DNA of 64,000 bases. Origin: Eledone cirrhosa. Lineage: Eukaryota. Of the stretch, positions 1-12,708 are shown piece after piece (the stretch's first letter is position 1; each line of letters begins with the position of its first letter). The notes beneath the pieces were generated by a model. That model had not been told where the DNA came from and did no database searches. It saw only the letters and a program-made list of their open reading frames with translations. Location: the NCBI GenBank assembly GCA_964016885.1, contig OZ024746.1, positions 72,044,001-72,108,000 on the forward strand, in the 5' to 3' direction. The position numbers and the translations under genes are program-made.

Positions 1-1565
1 ACTGAATTTTCAGTGTCCTTGAAACCACCAACCGACTTTCTAGAGGAACAAGAGCGACGCACAGAGTCATATCACACGATTGCCAGGAAATCGCGTCGTG
101 TGGAGAGAGCCTCGGAGGCCCAAATAGAGAAGGCCTTGGGAACTGTGCGGGCACGGAAAACCCATATCATCTGTGGCAAGAAATATGCTACTGTGGACGT
201 CCCTTTTGCTACCACCCAGGAAGCAAAATCGCACTCACTGAGGACCCTACGGAGTGATGACAACGTTAGTCCCGTTTTACTGCAGGAAAAAATTTGCAAA
301 GGTCTGGGTAACCCAGGTTCCGCCCTACGTACCCATTCTTTGGCTGGTCGTGTCTGTTCTTGCGGGCATCGAAGATAGAACAACCATTCTGCAGGTACAT
401 AGGTTGGGGAGAGAGGACTGGTCCGCTTTTGGAATGGAGATGCTCATCCAAACCGACCAGGACTGCATCAGCGCTATTCCCGACGTAATAGACCTCGGGA
501 ATAGCTCCCAAAGTGCTTCAACTGTGGATCGAAGTCTCACCTCAAATCCTTCGGCCCAGAAAATAACAAAGGCGAAGGTCTCTCTTCCAATGCCGAAACA
601 GTCAGAGCGCTTGGAGACTGGAATATCTTCAGGCGCTCACAGCCCTCAACCAGTCGGGCAATGTGATCGGTGGAAACTCCACCTTGGCGTTCTATAGAGG
701 TTAAGTGGAGGGGAAGAACGACGACGTACTTGGGGAAACTCTAGGCGTCGACGAAAATCAACTAGCCAATCTCTTCGGAAGAACTTTCGGGCCGGGCCTA
801 TGGACAACTTCCAGAAATCCCTGGCCTGGCAGTGCTACCGAGGAACTTTGCCAGTTCGGGATAAACTCTACAGACATGGAGGTGCCGTCAGGCGGGCATG
901 TCCGAGATGCGCGCAGGGCGACGAAACCGTCCAGCATGCACTCGTCCAGTGTCCGAGCATTGCTGACTTGTGGGTTTATGTCGAACACCTGCTGTCGCGT
1001 GTAGGACGAATCCAGATATCAGCTGAGTCCATCGTGAGGATTGCCTCGCCCTCTTCCTTTAGCCGGGAAGAGCAGGCAATTTTTATCTGTCTGGTGGCCA
1101 TGGCGAAAGAGATAGTATGGTGGACGCGTCTGAAAGGGCTGAAGACGAGCACTTACCTCTTCGAGGATGCCCTGATTAACATTTTTCAAATTTCATTTAA
1201 AAAGGAAAATAAGGGTAGAGAGGGAAGTGCTCTCTTCCCAGCATTTTGTTGAAAGATGGGTGAGAGAAGCAAGTATGGCCCGAGTGAATGGGCCCACTCT
1301 GAGTACGTGTCTGTAAATTAAAGGTGGAAACTGGGAGAGGGCATTTGCCCTGGTGGTCAGGGTCACTGTGGCTTTTTAATAGGCTTTCTCCACGAATGTC
1401 CCTCGGAAGTCTCCCCCGTATTGGGGAATTTTTCATTGTTATTTTTTTTGTTACATCCTCTGTTTTTGTTTTTTACACGCAGGAATGCCCATTTGTACCG
1501 TCCTGTATTGTCCTGTACTGTCCTTAATGTCTACTTTATGTAAACCCTTGTGGTTAATAAAGAAA

Positions 1566-1567
<2 letters not shown>
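1..1567 (+). mobile_element. Internally deleted Tx1/L1-clade non-LTR retrotransposon: ORF1 fragment joined to ORF2 C-terminus and 3' UTR
   Basis: ORF 800-1252 has a zf-RVT-like motif (LAWQCYRGTLPV..CPRC..ETVQHALVQC). ORF1-like pieces lie at 13-560. The 3' end TTGTGGTTAATAAAGA runs into (TTA)n. Homologous to 30690-33330. Confidence 0.8.
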
Positions 1568-1630
<63 letters not shown>

Positions 1631-1639
1631 TATCTCTGA

Positions 1640-3975
1640 ATGATACGCCACGCCAGTTTACGCTCCGTAAGTTTTGTTTGATGTTTTTTTTTGTTTTTTT
1701 TTGTTTTTTTCTGGGGGGTGGGGGTGGGGGGTTAAATATCTTGTTACAAAAGGGGCATAAGGCTTTGCCTTGAAGAAGGGAGTCCCCATAATATTTAGGC
1801 CCTGGACCCAAATATATGAACTTGTATATATGAATATATATGAACCCAAATATTTGAAATCGTACCATAAAATCTTTTTGTAAAAAATGGAGGTTACGCC
1901 CCTCCCCAAATCCAGGCAAAGCGGGCAAATTCTCCAAAAAGCTGGCCTCACGAAAGCGATTTGGACAGCGCTCTCAAGAAAAAAAAACAACAATGTCACC
2001 ACCACCACCACCATCTCCACTACTGAGATTGCCAAAAAGGCCTTCGTCACCAGCAAAAGCAGCAAGAACGACAGCAGCGTCCACAGCAGCCGCATCAGCA
2101 TCAGCGACCACAGCAGCCGCAGCAGCATCAGCGACAACAAGAGCGGTGGAAGCAATATCAGCAGCAACGACTGCAACAACAGCAATAACAACAACAACAG
2201 TTCCAACACTAGTAATGAACTTAGCAGCAGCAACGGCAACAAAAACGTAATTTATAGGACTGTTGCAATAAAATCGAGCCGGACAGAAGTGGCACTTCAA
2301 ATTGAGTGCGAAAGAGCACTGAAACGTATTAAGCCTGATATAGAGTATATTGCCAGAGTCAAGCAATACGCGGCTATTTCAGTCCTCTTCAAAACCGAAG
2401 AGCTGACCGTCAAATAGTCTGTGGTCCCCATTTTGACAGATCAATACGTCCTATGCCCTTCGTACCATGGAAGAAGCAGAATAAGGGTCAGAATCGACGG
2501 TATACTACCACGACTGCACGTCTGGTGGGTCCTAGCCTGTGTGTTACGGAAGAGTAGTGACACACTCTTGGAAGTGAGGCGCACCCGAAGAGAACACTGG
2601 TCGAGAATATGTTTAGACATTTTCTTGCATATCAAACCAGGGAAGATGGAAAACATCCCCGACTTTATTTACCTAGCGATGGCGTGGCGCTAAACATCGT
2701 CATTGAAGACAAAAATCTACGTTGTCATCTTTGTGGAGAAACGGACCACTTAGAGCTGTTTGCCCTCAATGGAACAACCGAACCCCATTGCTGCAAGCAC
2801 CACGAGCTCAACAGCTGCACCAGCAGCAAACAACAACAGTAGCAGCACAAACACCAGTAGCAGTAACTACATCAACAGCATCACCAGCACCAGCAAGACC
2901 AACACCAGCACCAACAGCAGCAACAAAACCACCAACACCAACAAACCTATCAGCACTACCAAAAGCAGCAAAGAAAACATCACCACCACCCACAGCAACT
3001 TCCAGAAGACTCCCAACATACCCTGCCCCTCAAAACACACACACATACATACACTCAATAACACCAGCATGAGTCAAATGACTCACAACAGAAACCTCCT
3101 CTTCTTGCAGCGAGGAAGAGACGAAAACTGAAAGAGTAAAAAAACAAGAAAGGAAATATAAATGCGCAAGGAGATCGAAGTACCCGATCTCCAGCAGAGC
3201 TTATTCTCTCTTGATCAAGCAGCCAACATTGCGATTATGAGTATAGGCTAGATAAATGTTCGTTGCCCGGGGTCATCCTGGAAGCTAGGTCGCTTGCTGA
3301 ACAACCTCAGGTCGCTAGATATGGATGTGACTGCCGTCAAAGTTCAGGATTTCCAACATGTACGCACTAGCACCTATTTCCCCCGACTATCAGATTTCGC
3401 ACCACTTAGTTAGTGGGGATTAGGAGGTGGGATAGCAATGCTGTTTAGGAAAGGCCTGGATCACGAGATAAGGTCGATCTTCCTGGACCCGAACGGTAAG
3501 TTGGTGATCCTGAACAAGAGCAATAGCAAAAATGGTGCCTTTAGACTGGTTGCTGCCTACGCCCCGACCGGGGCCGAACGGACGGATTTTTTTTTGATTT
3601 TTTTTTTAGCCTGGAAGCCTTTCTAGGAACGTTTCCCCCTTTACTGTTAGCGGGGACTGGAACAGCATCTTAGGCGCACGGCGGGATTGTGTGTTGATAT
3701 GAGCAGGGGTGGGGGGGGTGAAAAAGCCTCAAGTACCTGATCAGCCAGTTCTAACTGTCTGGCAGGTATGGACTAGATTTCCCTAATGCGCCAATGTGGA
3801 CCTGAACCATATATAGGTTTTTTTATTAGGTCAATAGATAAGGATAGTATATGTTGTCCACACTTTCAAACGGTCGCCTATTCAGATCACAAGTTTGTGA
3901 TCTGTATGGTCGACCTAGATAAGACAAGTAGGTTAGGACCTGGTTACTGGAAGCTGAGCATGTCGTTTCAGGCCA
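1640..3975 (+). mobile_element. Degraded 5' part of a Tx1/L1-like element (gag-like ORF1 with zinc knuckle, APE endonuclease of ORF2)
   Basis: ORF1 pieces 1887-3072 include a CHLCGETDH..C knuckle split by a frameshift. APE motifs occur from about 3237 (INVR, LVAAYAPT, SDHKFV, GPGYWKL) with stops and frameshifts. Confidence 0.75.
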
Positions 3976-4067
3976 CTTTGTTGACCTCTGTTCTAGACCA
4001 TGCAGTTATACCTATTTACTGTTTAACTACTGCCAGATGTACAACTTACCATTGCTTTTTGTCCTAG

Positions 4068-4170
4068 ATGAACCGGAAAACACGAAGTGTAGTGCCGCCA
4101 TAGATTTATTCAACACAATCCAGAGACCAGAAAGGGATCTTCTCTATCACTTAATCCAACATTTAGCTAA
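4068..4170 (+). CDS. Internal exon of a plus-strand BCR/ABR-like RhoGAP-domain gene
   Basis: Acceptor ttgctttttgtcctAG, donor GTGAGT, phase 1 to 2. Encodes EPENTKCSAAIDLFNTIQRPERDLLYHLIQHLA, a RhoGAP helix homologous to exon 34573-34678. Confidence 0.75.
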
Positions 4171-4379
4171 GTGAGTTTTATTTATTACTTCTTTCTATTT
4201 AACATAGTAAATAATTGTAGTTTTGTGAAATATGTGCTTAGGATTGTTTGAAGGGAAGAGAGTACAATGTAAGTTAGAAATAATGAGTGAAAAGTAGTGT
4301 AGCTTTTATATATTTTTCTCTGATTTTCACTCCTTTATTTATAACTTCTATTGTACGGAGAGTTCTTAGCGTTATTTGA

Positions 4380-6050
4380 GAGAGCCACAGCACCCATACA
4401 AGAGCCTCGATTGGAGGAGGAGTAAACATTACTTTGGATCTTGTGAGGCTGATGGGCAGTCCAAAAGCCCGACAAGACCAAGAAAAATGATTCATTATGA
4501 CTTGCATGTCTTTTTGATTGTGTACAAAATCAGCTGCCAAGTTATTGCTTAACAGATTACCAACCTAGATCTCTCCCTCAGTTCTCCCAGATACTCTCTG
4601 GGAGAACCGACGGACAGATCTAGGTTGGAAATCTGTTAAGCAATAACCTTACCAGCGGCTTCAAGCACACTGATACCACGATGGTTGTTGTATATTGATT
4701 TGGAAGTAATAACTTCTCCATATCGCAAAAGTTAAATTGGTGTCCCATCTAGACCAGGGGCCTTCTTGATATGTATTCCCATAATTGCTGATTCTACCTC
4801 AGCCAGTGTAGATAAATTCATCATGTCTGTAGTTATTTCTGTTTTGACGAGACTGTTGATTACATCTAAATCGAAATTTTCCTGTCATCGCTTCATAATA
4901 CCATCAACATCTTTGCACAAAATATCACCAACTCCTAGACAAGACATGCAACTTGCTTGATGAATTGGTCCCAAACCTTGATTGATGAGGCTGTAGAGTG
5001 ATCTTGAGTCTTTTTCTATTATATGCACTTTGAGTTTCTGAGGCAATGCTAGCCCACCACATATTTTTCATTCTTTTCAGTCCCTCGGTGCAATGTTGCT
5101 TTCAATTGTTCCATCCCACATCCAATCAAACTTCACTTCAGCCCTTTCATAAGCCTTCACTGTCTAATTTTGAAAAGTCAGTACATTTAGGAACCCTAAT
5201 CCTACCACTCTTAATTTTCGCCTGACTCGTAGCTTTAATTTACCCCATAAAAAAGAAATGATCCGTCCCACACTCTGCTTTTCACATTACTTTTACTTGC
5301 AAATCTTGTTTTCCAGTGATGATGCTATCTAATATATGGTCATGTTTCTATCTTGGATGTGTCCATTTGAATATCTTTTTTGTTGGAAAAATATATTGCA
5401 AATCACCAATCTAACTTTTTTACAAAGTTGAGGATGTAACCCATTGTCAACCATTTTTCCCTTGACCAAAATATTATGACCCCGACCTACACAAACATTG
5501 AGGTCACCATGCAAAAGGATCTTTTCTTCCCTAGGTTATAGTCGATGCATATACATAAATGATAGTCATAAAACCAGTCAGTGGAACGTGTAGACGCATT
5601 ATTCTTTCGTTGATATCCTGCGGGCGCTCAATTTAGGCAAACACAACGCCATTTTCTCTCTTCTCGCCTTTCAGTCTCCCTATCCAAAATAAGGTATACC
5701 CTGCTACAGCTTCTGTCAAATTATCTTGCTCATTCAATCTTGTCTCTGCAAGTGCAACACTATCTAAGATTTCACGTGCAAGCTATCTTACAATAATCGC
5801 ATTCCTTCGCTCTGGATTCGCAAAACCATCACGGTCCAGAAGTGTCCGTACATTCCAGGTAGTCACCTTAATTCTCACTCGATTACTCAAACGTCTTAAA
5901 TTTCTGTTATTTCTCCTGCATAAACAAACAGCCACCAAATGCAGGATGCTGGCCAGCCTCCAAAAGTAAGCAGGTGATGTTTAGCTCACCTTTCCTAGAT
6001 TCTTCGCAGAAACTGGGTGAGCAACACTCTTAGATAGGACTTGTCAGACA
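4380..6050 (-). mobile_element. Degraded RTE-clade LINE (APE and RT fragments)
   Basis: Minus-strand motifs TWNVRTLLD..ERR, ALAETRL..GYTLFW, GDLN, and DMQVIMNHFS..FGL.IS..SKVM. Confidence 0.75.
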
Positions 6051-6924
6051 CACACTGTTCCACTAAATTTTATTTCTGCTCAAAAACAATACAGCGATGT
6101 TAAGATAAGCAAAATGCCATCTAACTTGCATGTTCATGACTATGTGCTTCCAACATGTTAAGTCTGCACACAGCGCCAATTCCTCTGTCAATGCTGGACT
6201 TTTGAACAGATATCTGCACATAAGATCTTGATAAAATGTGCTTGTGCAACACACATACCACCCTCTTAATCAACACAACTATATACTAGTGAGTGACAAG
6301 CATAAGCAAGATAAATAGAAGCTGTATTAATCGCGGGGGAGTTACCCCTTCTAGGACCCAGGCTGGAATTTCAAGTACTTTCTAAAAATGGTACACACAG
6401 TTAAGTGAACCACATTAAGAAAGACCGGGGTTTTGATGAATTTTCCATTTAATTAATGAAGGCTGGTGGAGCGTCTGTCATGTTCTTTGATCATACATCA
6501 AGCTTCTAAAGAGCACGATATCCGCACACTACACGTTTGAGCAGGCTTACACATACATAAAGAAGGGAAAAAGTTAAAAATTAAAAGATGAAAAATTGTC
6601 TTGTACATCACCTTTCTTTATTTCCTTCTTCCAGTCACTTTTGTGCGCCAGCACAATTCTCCTTGTCCTCTTCTTTCAATCATTTCTATATTTTGTCTGC
6701 CTGTCTGCCTGTCACCCACCCCTTGAATTGTCTCTCTGTCGACCACTGGCTGCTGGTCTCTGTCCTCTGAGACATTTTTGCCCATCACTGTCATTGACAG
6801 CATCTGGCTGTTTTAACAGGTGTTCTAGCGATCAGATTTCTCATTTTTATATCTGTTAAAATGTATATATAAAGGTATATACATATACAAAATATATAAA
6901 AAATATATACATATGTACACACTA

Positions 6925-7330
6925 TTGGATGGCCATTGACTCTCCTGAGTTCCTACACCCTTTGACGGGTTTTGTTTTTCAACCTGCACAGACAGTGTCC
7001 AGAAAAATCACCCTCATCGCCAAGCAACTTTGGTGAGGTTCCAAGTTTAGTCGCCGACGATCCGACCAGCTGACACGTTGTACTGGGTTACATGTTACCA
7101 GTAGCGCTCGAGATCAACCTGACACAAATATATGTATGTATGTCACTCTTCAGTGCTACTGGTAACATGTAACCCAGTACCTGTCGTATGGTCGGGTCGT
7201 CGGCGACTAAACCGGCAACCCCACCAAGTTGACTTGGTGAGGAGGGTGATTTTGGACACCCTGCAGGACAAAAAACAAAACCTGACAAAGGGCGGAAGAA
7301 CACATAAGAGTCAACGGCCATCCCAAGGTG
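6925..7330. mobile_element. Two tail-to-tail copies of a SINE/LINE-tail family around a (TATG)n tract; a further copy at about 39480-39670
   Basis: Shared sequence GTTTAGTCGCCGACGA..GTACTGGGTTACATGTTACCAGTAGC in opposite orientations. Confidence 0.65.
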
Positions 7331-7999
7331 TGTAAATATGTATATACACATGTATATATGTGTGTATATGTATATGTGTATATGCATGGGTGCATGTGTA
7401 TGTATATGCACGGGGACATAGAAATAGTCGGGCTGGACACCCGATCGTACGGTTAAACCACTGGGAGGGAAGGACCCCTAGCCTTTGTCAGGGCATTCTT
7501 CTAGAAGGCAACACAGGAAACTGGGATAACTCCGATATAAAACCTGCGGCTCAGTAGTTACCGATGATGTTGATCTTTTCTTCTTTTCGGGTTATAGCTA
7601 CTGTCACTCAGAGAGTGGGATTGGCTCAGTGCACAGTCTTTCCTCACTTTAAAAAATATCTTCACGCACAGACATTGCACGATGGAATTAATTAATAATT
7701 ATTAATAATGGTATATCGTGCAATGGCCATACTCGATAACGAGGGAGCAGCCATCATGTATGTATGTATGTATGTTCTTCTGGTTTTATAATTTCACAAA
7801 TATTTGCCAATAGAGAGTCGGTTTCTAACATAGTTACAAGACTCTCTCATTGGAATTTACACATCAACTTGGTAATATGTATGCATGTCTGCATGCATGC
7901 ATGTGTGCAGGTATGGATGTTGTTGTATGTGAGGATGTGGACGTTTTGAGTCGTATGTGTGCATGTGCATACGCTTTGTATCTGTACATGTGTATATGC

Positions 8000-8350
8000 A
8001 GTTATTAGATGCAACATTTTTGGAATGTTTTACATATTTTTACTGTTCCATTAATGGATTGTACTTGTAATTTCCTAATTAGTCGTGTTCTTTCTGTTTC
8101 TGTGAAGCCTAGCTTCTCAAGATTTGTATTGAGGCAGTTACTAACATATCCCAGTGCCCCAATAATCACAGGCATACATTTGAAGGTTTACTCAGGGTGG
8201 AGTATCAGCAAATTTCTCATTAGTTCTGCATAAATATCTCCTTTTCGTTAATCTTTGATATTATATTGGCATCTTATGGGCAGCTAACTTCTACTATTGT
8301 GCATGCCTTCTTTTCCCTGTCCCACATCATTATATCTGGTCTGTTTTGTC
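8000..8350 (-). mobile_element. 3' fragment of an RLE-type non-LTR retrotransposon
   Basis: NRPDIMMWDREKKACTIVEVSCP followed by a P.IIGALG motif. Confidence 0.7.
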
Positions 8351-8747
8351 TGCATTTGTATGTATGTATGTATGTATGTATGTATGAATGTTTGAATGTA
8401 TCTACATGCATCAGAGAGAGTGAGAGAGAGAGATATGTACTGTACTGGCTTTTCCAAAACAATCGTAACTACCTCTTTCTATCGATTGCAGCCGTCTATC
8501 TTTTTCTAACATAAACACACAATATCCCTCTTAGTGGTTATTGCCCCGTATTATAAGCTCTCTTGTGATTACGCAGTACAGAGATATGTTATTCTTTCTT
8601 GAGTTTATGCATAGATATAAAGAGACGTATCACCGCTTTGAACCAGCAATCAAACACACACATAAATACAAATATATATACATACACATACACACACACT
8701 CATATATGTGAGTATGTGTATATATATATATGCGTATGTACATACTT

Positions 8748-8892
<145 letters not shown>

Positions 8893-8922
8893 AATATACA
8901 TTTATATATGCATATTTAGATG

Positions 8923-8956
<34 letters not shown>

Positions 8957-9089
8957 GTGGAACACTGGAAGGTAATATCCGTAGTGGTAGAGCACTCAGT
9001 CCAAGGGACGAGTTAGGTAGAAGTGGTTACACAACAGTTAGTTCACCATACCGAGAACAATTGTTTCACCTTCGCAGATCTTCACCATC

Positions 9090-9129
9090 CCGAGCTGAAG
9101 ATCCGCGAAGGTGAAACAATTGTTCTCGG
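9090..9129 (+). ncRNA. Minimal type I hammerhead ribozyme (family A) in fold-back element 8952-9162
   Basis: CCGAG-CUGAAGA-uCCgcgaaGGu-GAAA-C AAUU G-UU^-CUCGG: 5-bp stem I, palindromic stem III, weak stem II. Confidence 0.7.
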
Positions 9130-9157
9130 TATGGTGAACTAACTGTTGTGTAACCAC

Positions 9158-9227
<70 letters not shown>

Positions 9228-9229
<2 letters not shown>

Positions 9230-9760
9230 CGAGGGAAAAGTGGTAAGGAACCAGGTGGACCATAACGCACCAAAGTACTCAATACTTCGGGTAGTAGAGT
9301 GGGTAATAGGAGTAAGTAAGACCCCGACGGCTGAGCTCAAGCCGTTTCGACGGCTAATTCTGTACTGAATGAAAAATCAGTTCTGGTATTTAAATAGCCG
9401 AACTTGTCAAGGGGCAATTCCATATATGGTCAAAGAGATATGTATTTCTTCAGCCTATTTCCTAGTAATCAGATTCCGCTTATATTTCTTTTCTCTCTCA
9501 GTACCCTTTACAGTTTTACATTTTCATCGTTCTACTTACCGTATTGACCTCCTCCCCCTCCCCCTCCCCTGCCTCCTCTTTGACCTCACACCCAGCTGTA
9601 GCTGGCACCACCAACGCATGAATGGGTCTACTCCTCTTTGACCATATATGGAATTGCCCCTTGACAAGTTCGGCTATTTAAATACCAGAACTGATTTTTC
9701 ATTCAGTACAGAATTAGCCGTCGAAACGGCTTGAGCTCAGCCGTCGGGGTCTTACTTACT

Positions 9761-9765
<5 letters not shown>
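9228..9765. mobile_element. Penelope-like terminal (pLTR) fold-back element, family B, between (TA)n tracts
   Basis: About 130-bp inverted arms (9306-9437 and 9634-9765). Related copies at 17855, 18622, 21359, 22560, 24385, 27381, 40318, 40390, 41330 and 45128. Confidence 0.7.
9657..9749 (+). ncRNA. Type I hammerhead ribozyme (family B, U3-A8 core); inverted copy at 9322-9414
   Basis: CCCC-UUGACAA-g..CGGCUA..UAGCCG.c-GAAA-CGGCU ugagcuc AGCCG-UC^-GGGG. Confidence 0.75.
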
Positions 9766-9817
<52 letters not shown>

Positions 9818-10106
9818 AATATATATATATATATATAGTAAATATAGTCATACATATATGTATTTTATTTGATATCAAAATTTACATGTATGTACATGTA
9901 TTTTGTCATTCAACAAGAATCCAAAATTTCATCTACATTGCTGTTACTCTAAGTCGTTTTGGTTTTGGTTTTCCTTACTCAATTTTTTGTTCAGTATATT
10001 TAACTCATGCTTGGGTTACGGGATATGAACGCAAACATAGACACAAACGTAATCATACACACGGTAATACACACACGAGCACATACACACACACACAACG
10101 AACACA

Positions 10107-10137
<31 letters not shown>

Positions 10138-10464
10138 GCGCGCGCGCGCGAGCGCGAATATACCTTAATGCACCGAAACCAGAGTGATCTGCAGGCGTTG
10201 ACTGAGGAGATAGAACTGTTCGTCTTTCTTTTGTTTTAACCAGTCTTTGTCCTGTGCGTCCCCATTTTTGAATATATATATATTTATATAGAGAGGCATA
10301 ACTATATAGTGCAGTAATACAGAAGACTCTCCTTCCCCATGTAAACTCGTATATCTGAGGAGGTGTCGATTAAGAATCGGGATACGGTCGCTGATCGATA
10401 TTGAAATAGTTGCAATATACAATAAAGTTTCATAACATGCTGCAAATCTGACTTCCTATTTTCA

Positions 10465-10533
<69 letters not shown>

Positions 10534-10657
10534 GCTCTCTCTCTCTCGCTCTCTCTTTCCCTCTCCTCCTCTCTATCTATCTCTCTATATATATATTTAG
10601 ATGCATGAATGTATGTATGTACATATATAAATACATACCAAGACACGCATATAATCA

Positions 10658-10730
<73 letters not shown>

Positions 10731-11024
10731 CGAGCATTTGATGTTTCTGTCTACCAAATTTCCCTTGTATCTCTCCAAAACATTTACGATTGGTTTTTCC
10801 TGTTCTCCAATGTTTCTCACCCAAATATATTTATTTCTCTTCTCCATATTGTTGGTTATCACTTTCAGTATCATATCACTTACTGTCTCTTGGAATTCCT
10901 TCTGCCATTTTTTTCATTTATTTTTCTTTGACCATCCGAGTCATTTATCTTCTTGACTGACTGGATTACGTCCCATTCAAATTCAACATTTTTTATCTAA
11001 AAAAGGAAAAAGAAAATATACCAA

Positions 11025-11285
11025 ATATCAGATCGGACTAATGAAATTATATTTCCATTGGTCTTTCCATTGCTAATAAAATCTTCCGATTGCAACTCTT
11101 GTCGGAAAAAGGAGAGGAGCTAATCGTCAGATCAGACCAAGGAAACTATGCTTCCATTGGTTTTTCCATTGCTGATATTATCTTCCTGTTACAACTCCTG
11201 ACATAAGAAAGGAAAGAAGCCGATCATCAGTTCGGTCTCGGGAAATAATCTGTTCTTGGTTTTCTCATTGCTGATACTATCTACG
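11025..11285 (+). repeat. Tandem array of an approximately 90-100-bp unit
   Basis: Unit contains GATC(A/G)GAC..GAAA..TTCCATTGG..TTTCCATTGCT(G/A)ATA..ATCT; about 3 copies. Confidence 0.75.
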
Positions 11286-12219
11286 CTTACCTTTCTTGGC
11301 AGAGGCGTGAACACCTCAACACTTTTCTTTGATATCCGGCAGGATTTGAACTCAGAATATACAGCCGAATCAAAAACCACAAAGCATCCTTTCCAACAAT
11401 TCCACTAATCCACCGACTCATGGAGAAGACTTGCGCCTTATCTTATGTACTTCGATGATCATATCGAACCCACTACTTATTTCCTCAAGTCTGTTGCTTA
11501 TTTTATCGATCTCGTTTTTCCAAACCACTAATATACGGGACATAAACACAAACACAGACACACACATACTCACAAAAATATACATACACATACACACATA
11601 CATTTATATATGCGTGTGTATATAATCCATGTATATATTAATTTTTCGATGCCCTCCCTGTCTCAACTTCGAAATTTACGTATATGTGTGTTTATTTATA
11701 TAATATATATAGTAGAAGATACTTGCCCCATCGTAACAGGAGGAGGAGTGGGCCCTATGCCTTATGGTTGTGAAGCATACCCCTCAATCTCATAGCCATA
11801 TCTGGGCCTGTTGAGAATTTTGATGTGCTGAAAGTATTCCCGCAATTAGTATACACAACTCCCTCTATGGGATGTTTAATATTGAAAAACAAGCAGTGCA
11901 GGATCTGGTAGTTTTTGGAAAATAAGATTTTGGAAAATATAGATAATGCATATTGGAGTGGATCTCATCTTTAAATATAACTGGTGAAAGTAACGGACAT
12001 GTTTCGGTCTTGGTAGACCGTCTCAGCAGGGCATATTCGACTCTTCGGCAAGACTGAGATCTGCTCAGTATATATATATTTATATATATACATATATATA
12101 TTATATTATATTATATTATATTATATTATATTAGCTGCTGATTTCTGTCCTTTGAGGTAAATTTTACCCGACGCTGTCATGGATGGCATTTTGCTGTTTT
12201 AACAGCTTTCTTGCGTTGA

Positions 12220-12435
12220 GTTCCCATTATTCGGTAAAGGGTCGGACGCCATGTTTTGAAGCATAGAGTTACGGCCCTTTATGATCTGTGTTCAAATCAC
12301 GCCGAGGTTAACTTTGCCTTTTATCCTTACGGGGTCGATAAAATAAAGTACCAGTCACGCACTGGGGTCGATTTAATAAAACTTTCCCCTCCCCCCAAAT
12401 TGCTGGCCTTGTGCCTATATAAGAAACCATTATTC
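12220..12435 (+). mobile_element. tRNA-derived SINE with a Meta-type central domain
   Basis: GTTCAAATC..CGAGGTTAACTTTGCCTT..ATCCTT.CGGGGTCGATAAAATAAAGTACCAGT. Other copies near 22040, 27935, 29020, 29625, 34885-35150 and 47680. Confidence 0.75.
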
Positions 12436-12708
12436 TATGAATTTTAATACACTCTCGTTCCAACTCGATCTTAGAGAAAACTTTGTTTACATATATATAG
12501 GGGGGGGGGGGAGAGTAACGAACAAAATTATATTGCTCCAGTTTGTCTCAATTCAGTCTGATGTGTGCGCGTATCTTTGTGACTATATGATGATGTTGTC
12601 TTTGTGTTTGTTTAGCTTCCAAGTCAACGCCTGATCTAGAACAGATCTTTTTATTAAAGGCATTCCAGCCATGACCATCCCGTCTTTTTTTTTCATTTTT
12701 TTTCATAG

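Noticed and set aside
12671-12708. ATG start of the 1188-aa ORF
   Set aside because: It reads through a polypyrimidine tract and AG acceptor, so it is better explained as intron.
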